From contig CAVPYO010000021.1 in NCBI GenBank assembly GCA_963710025.1, positions 50,517 to 114,516 of the forward strand: a stretch of 64,000 bases of DNA, given 5' to 3'. Within the stretch, counting starts at the first letter, position 1. Each line of letters starts with the position of its first letter. The position numbers and the translations under genes were made by a program. The notes below the pieces were generated by a model that did no database searches, was not told the origin of the DNA, and saw only the letters and a list, made by a program, of their open reading frames with translations. Of the stretch, positions 60,455 through 64,000 are shown in pieces. The DNA comes from an uncultured Alphaproteobacteria bacterium. Its GTDB lineage: Bacteria; Pseudomonadota; Alphaproteobacteria; Micropepsales; Micropepsaceae.

Positions 60455-60509
60455 GATTTGTCTGATTTTTTTGATGCGGCCCAGTTGGGACTATGATATC
60501 AGACAAAAG
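60455..60509. promoter_or_regulatory. Paired candidate operators upstream of araA
   Basis: TTTGTCTGAT (60457-60466) and its perfect inverse ATCAGACAAA (60498-60507) flank a TATGAT -10-like hexamer; weaker copy at 60352-60368. Confidence 0.65.
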
Positions 60510-60532
60510 GTAACTCAGGGTCGTGTAACGTC

Positions 60533-62044
60533 ATGACATCGATGAAACAGCTTGAAGTCTGGTTCGCCACCGGTAGCCAGCATTTATACGGTCCGGAGAC
60601 GCTCGAACAGGTCGCCAAAGACTCGCGGGAAATCGTCAAGGCGCTCGACGCCGCGCCGGCCGTTCCGGCCAAAGTGGTGTTCAAGCCGGTCCTGGTGACG
60701 CCCGATTCCATCACCGAGTTGACGTTGGCCGCGAACGCCACACCCAACTGCATCGGCCTCATCATCTGGTGTCACACGTTTTCGCCCTCGAAAATGTGGA
60801 TCAACGGCCTCAAGCAACTGCGCAAGCCCGCCCTGCATCTGCATACGCAGTACAATCGCGACATTCCGTGGTCGACGATCGACATGGATTTCATGAACCT
60901 GAACCAGGCGGCGCACGGGGACCGGGAACACGGCTTCATCTGGAGCCGCCTGCGTTTGAACCGCAAAGTCGTGGTCGGCTACTGGCAGGAAGCAGCGGTT
61001 CAGAAGAAGATCGGCGCCTGGATGCGTGCAGCGGCGGCATGGCACGACTGGCAGGGCGCGAAATTCGCCCGCTTCGGCGACAATATGCGCGAAGTGGCCG
61101 TCACCGAAGGCGACAAGGTCGCCGCGCAATTCAAATTCGGCTACTCCGTCAACGGTTACGGCGTCGGCGATCTGGTGAAAGTCATCAATGAAGTCGCCGG
61201 CAAGGACATCGACCGGCTCGTCGATGAATACGAAAGCACCTATGAGGTGACCTCCGACCTGCGCAAGACCGGAAGCCGCGCCAAATTCGTCCGCGAAGCG
61301 GCACGCATCGAACTGGGCATGCGGGCGTTTCTGGAGGACGGGGGGTTCAAGGGCTTCACCACCACGTTCGAAGATCTGCATGGTCTCGAGCAGCTGCCCG
61401 GTCTCGCGGTGCAACGCCTCATGGCCGACGGCTACGGCTTCGGCGCGGAAGGCGACTGGAAGACGGCCGCGCTCTTGCGAGCCGTCAAGACCATGGGGTC
61501 CGGTCTTCCCGGCGGCGCCTCCTTCATGGAAGACTACACCTACCACCTTAATCCTGCCGGCAAGCTCGTTCTCGGCGCGCATATGCTGGAAGTCTGCCCG
61601 TCGATCGCGGATCGCAAGCCGTCGCTGCAAGTGCATCCGCTGGGCATCGGCGGCAAGATGGATCCCGCAAGACTGGTGTTCAACACGCCGCCGGGTCCGG
61701 CCACCGCCTCGACGTTGCTCGATATGGGTAACCGTTTCCGCCTTCTGGCGAACGAACTCGACGTCGTCACGCCCGAACAGCCGATGCCGAAACTGCCCGT
61801 GGCCCAGGCGGTCTGGAAGCCGCGGCCCTCTCTCGAGGAATCCTGCGCCGCTTGGATCTACGCGGGCGGCGCCCATCACACCGCTTTCAGCCAGGCGGTC
61901 ACCGGCGAGATGCTCGAGGACTTCGCGACGATCGCCGACATGGAATTCCTGTTGATCGGCGAAAAGACCACGGTCTCCGAGTTCAAAAACGAACTACGCT
62001 GGAACGAAGTTTATTACGCCTTAAACCGGGGCTGGACGATCTAA
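60533..62044 (+). CDS. araA: L-arabinose isomerase
   Basis: [61 protein letters not shown] and GGAHHT. Confidence 0.97.
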   Translation: MTSMKQLEVWFATGSQHLYGPETLEQVAKDSREIVKALDAAPAVPAKVVFKPVLVTPDSITELTLAANATPNCIGLIIWCHTFSPSKMWINGLKQLRKPALHLHTQYNRDIPWSTIDMDFMNLNQAAHGDREHGFIWSRLRLNRKVVVGYWQEAAVQKKIGAWMRAAAAWHDWQGAKFARFGDNMREVAVTEGDKVAAQFKFGYSVNGYGVGDLVKVINEVAGKDIDRLVDEYESTYEVTSDLRKTGSRAKFVREAARIELGMRAFLEDGGFKGFTTTFEDLHGLEQLPGLAVQRLMADGYGFGAEGDWKTAALLRAVKTMGSGLPGGASFMEDYTYHLNPAGKLVLGAHMLEVCPSIADRKPSLQVHPLGIGGKMDPARLVFNTPPGPATASTLLDMGNRFRLLANELDVVTPEQPMPKLPVAQAVWKPRPSLEESCAAWIYAGGAHHTAFSQAVTGEMLEDFATIADMEFLLIGEKTTVSEFKNELRWNEVYYALNRGWTI

Positions 62045-62060
62045 ATCAGGTTCATTCGGG

Positions 62061-63728
62061 ATGAGCGCCCATTACACGATAGGTCTCGACTACGGGACCA
62101 ACTCCGTCCGTGCGCTGTTGGTCGATACCGCCGACGGCCGCGAAGTCGCCACTGCCATCTGGGGTTATGAACACGGCCATTCGGGCGTCGTGCTCGGCCG
62201 CGATCCCAATCTCGCGCGCCAACATCCGGCCGATTACGTGAAAGGCGCCGAGATCACGATCAGAGAGGCGCTTGCGACGGCCAAGAAGACCGTGCACGGC
62301 TTCGAGCCGCACCAAGTGGTCGGCATAGGCGTCGACACGACCGGCAGCACGCCCTTGCCGGTGGACGCGGACGGCGAACCGCTGGCATTCGATAAGAAAT
62401 TCGCCGAAAACCCCGCCGCCCTCGCTTGGCTGTGGAAGGATCATACCGGCTTCGCGGAAGCGGCGGAAATCACCGCGCTGGGGCGCGAGATCCGCCCGCA
62501 GATCATGGCCAAGATCGGCGGCGTCTATTCCAGCGAATGGTTCTACAGCAAGATTCTCCATTGCCTGCGCACCGCGCCGGAGGTGTTCGACGCCGCTTAT
62601 TCGTGGATCGAGCTTGCCGATTTCGTTCCCGCCGTGCTGAGCGGCACGCTGGCGCCGGGAAAGTTCACGGCGGGCATCTGCGCCGCCGGCCATAAGGCGA
62701 TGTACAGCGAGGATTGGGGCGGATATCCGGACAAGGAATTCCTTTCCCGGCTTGATCCGAAACTCGACGCCTTGCGCGACCGGCTGACCAAGCGGGTTCG
62801 CGCCGTGGATTCCAGCGTCGGCGGCCTAACGGCGGAATGGGCGAAGAAAACCGGCCTGCCCGCGGGCATTCCCGTGGCGGTGGGCGCCTTCGACGCGCAT
62901 CTGGGCGCCATCGGTGCGGGCATTCAGCCCGGCACGCTGGTCAAGATCATCGGCACCAGCACTTGCGACATCACCGTAAAACGCAACAGCGAAAAGCTCG
63001 CGGACGTGCCCGGCTTGTGCGGCATCGTCGACGGCAGCGTGCTGCCGGGCTATTTCGGACTCGAAGCGGGCCAATCCGCGGTCGGCGATATTTTCGAATG
63101 GTTCGTCGGCTATGTGAAACCCGAAGGCGGATCGCACGAAGAACTCACGGCGGGCGCGGCGAAGCTGCAACCCGGCGAATCCGGTCTCATGGCACTGGAC
63201 TGGAACAACGGCAACCGCACGATCCTGGTGGATCAGCGCCTCACCGGATTGCTGGTCGGCCAGACGCTGTACACCACGCCGGCGGAAATCTACCGCGCCC
63301 TGATCGAAGCCACGGCCTATGGCGCTCTGACGATCATCAACCGCTTCGAGGAATACGGCGTGAAGATCGAGCAGGTCGTCAACTGCGGCGGCATCGCGGA
63401 GAAAAGTCCGCTGACCATGCAGATATACGCCGACGTCACCGGCCGGCCGATGAAGATATCCCGTTCGGCGCAAACCCCCGCCCTGGGCGCGGCCATCGCC
63501 GCCGCCGTGGTGGCGCGCGCGCATCCGGATTTCGCTTCGGCGCAGAAGGCGATGACCGGCCTGAAGGCCCAAGACTACAAGCCAGACCCGAAGGCGCACG
63601 CCGTATATCGCGAATTGTATCCGATCTACCGCACTCTGCATGACGCCTTCGGAACGAAGGAATGGCAGGGCAATCTTTACGACGTGATGAAGAGGCTGAT
63701 AGACATCCGCAACCGCGTTCGAAAATAG
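62061..63728 (+). CDS. araB: Ribulokinase (FGGY family)
   Basis: [44 protein letters not shown] and DWNNGNR. Confidence 0.93.
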   Translation: MSAHYTIGLDYGTNSVRALLVDTADGREVATAIWGYEHGHSGVVLGRDPNLARQHPADYVKGAEITIREALATAKKTVHGFEPHQVVGIGVDTTGSTPLPVDADGEPLAFDKKFAENPAALAWLWKDHTGFAEAAEITALGREIRPQIMAKIGGVYSSEWFYSKILHCLRTAPEVFDAAYSWIELADFVPAVLSGTLAPGKFTAGICAAGHKAMYSEDWGGYPDKEFLSRLDPKLDALRDRLTKRVRAVDSSVGGLTAEWAKKTGLPAGIPVAVGAFDAHLGAIGAGIQPGTLVKIIGTSTCDITVKRNSEKLADVPGLCGIVDGSVLPGYFGLEAGQSAVGDIFEWFVGYVKPEGGSHEELTAGAAKLQPGESGLMALDWNNGNRTILVDQRLTGLLVGQTLYTTPAEIYRALIEATAYGALTIINRFEEYGVKIEQVVNCGGIAEKSPLTMQIYADVTGRPMKISRSAQTPALGAAIAAAVVARAHPDFASAQKAMTGLKAQDYKPDPKAHAVYRELYPIYRTLHDAFGTKEWQGNLYDVMKRLIDIRNRVRK

Positions 63729-63732
63729 CTCC

Positions 63733-64000
63733 ATGCTCGAAGAACTGAAGCGTCAAGTATGCGAAGCCAATCTGGAATTGGTACGGGAAGGCTTGGTGAT
63801 TCAGACATGGGGCAACGCCAGCGGTATCGACCGCGAACGCGGTCTGGTCGCCATCAAGCCGTCCGGCGTGTCCTATGACGGCATGAAACCGGAACACATG
63901 GTTGTCGTCTCGCTGGAAACCGGCGCGGTGGTCGAAGGCAACCTCAAGCCCAGTTCCGATACGCCGACGCATCTGGTGTTGTACCGCGCCTTCCGGAGCA
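63733..64000 (+). CDS. araD: L-ribulose-5-phosphate 4-epimerase (3' truncated)
   Basis: Translated by hand: [16 protein letters not shown]...[29 protein letters not shown]...[13 protein letters not shown]. Confidence 0.95.
   Translation, partial: MLEELKRQVCEANLELVREGLVIQTWGNASGIDRERGLVAIKPSGVSYDGMKPEHMVVVSLETGAVVEGNLKPSSDTPTHLVLYRAFRS

Overview
High-GC alphaproteobacterial chromosomal window. The lineage is inferred from Caulobacter/Xanthomonas-type TonB receptors and gene style and may be Micropepsaceae/Rhizomicrobium-like; this is unverified. Two carbohydrate-utilisation loci dominate. (1) 1.5-22.6 kb is a chitin/GlcNAc locus. It has a hydrolytic arm (TBDR, GH20, PTS NagE/NagF, NagQ-type regulator, NagB-II, NagA, GH18). 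It also has a phosphorolytic arm (AmpG-like MFS permease, a GlmU-like domain fused to a phosphohexomutase, GH94 chitobiose phosphorylase, ROK kinase). (2) 48-64 kb is an arabinan/L-arabinose locus (secreted mutarotase, GH27, GH51, two GH43, TBDR, FadR regulator, SSS symporter, araA-araB-araD). A shared 17-bp pseudo-palindrome (core TTGTC-N-GA) recurs in four of its promoter regions. Between the two loci lie gltBD, a UPF0182 protein, an AT-richer carbamoyltransferase/SGNH cassette, a DUF47-Pit-NUDIX operon, a YfiR-like/TBDR/hybrid-kinase module, a DrrAB-type ABC exporter and a repeat-containing secreted protein. No rRNA, tRNA, CRISPR array or mobile element was recognised. All family calls come from motif recognition by eye; no searches were run.
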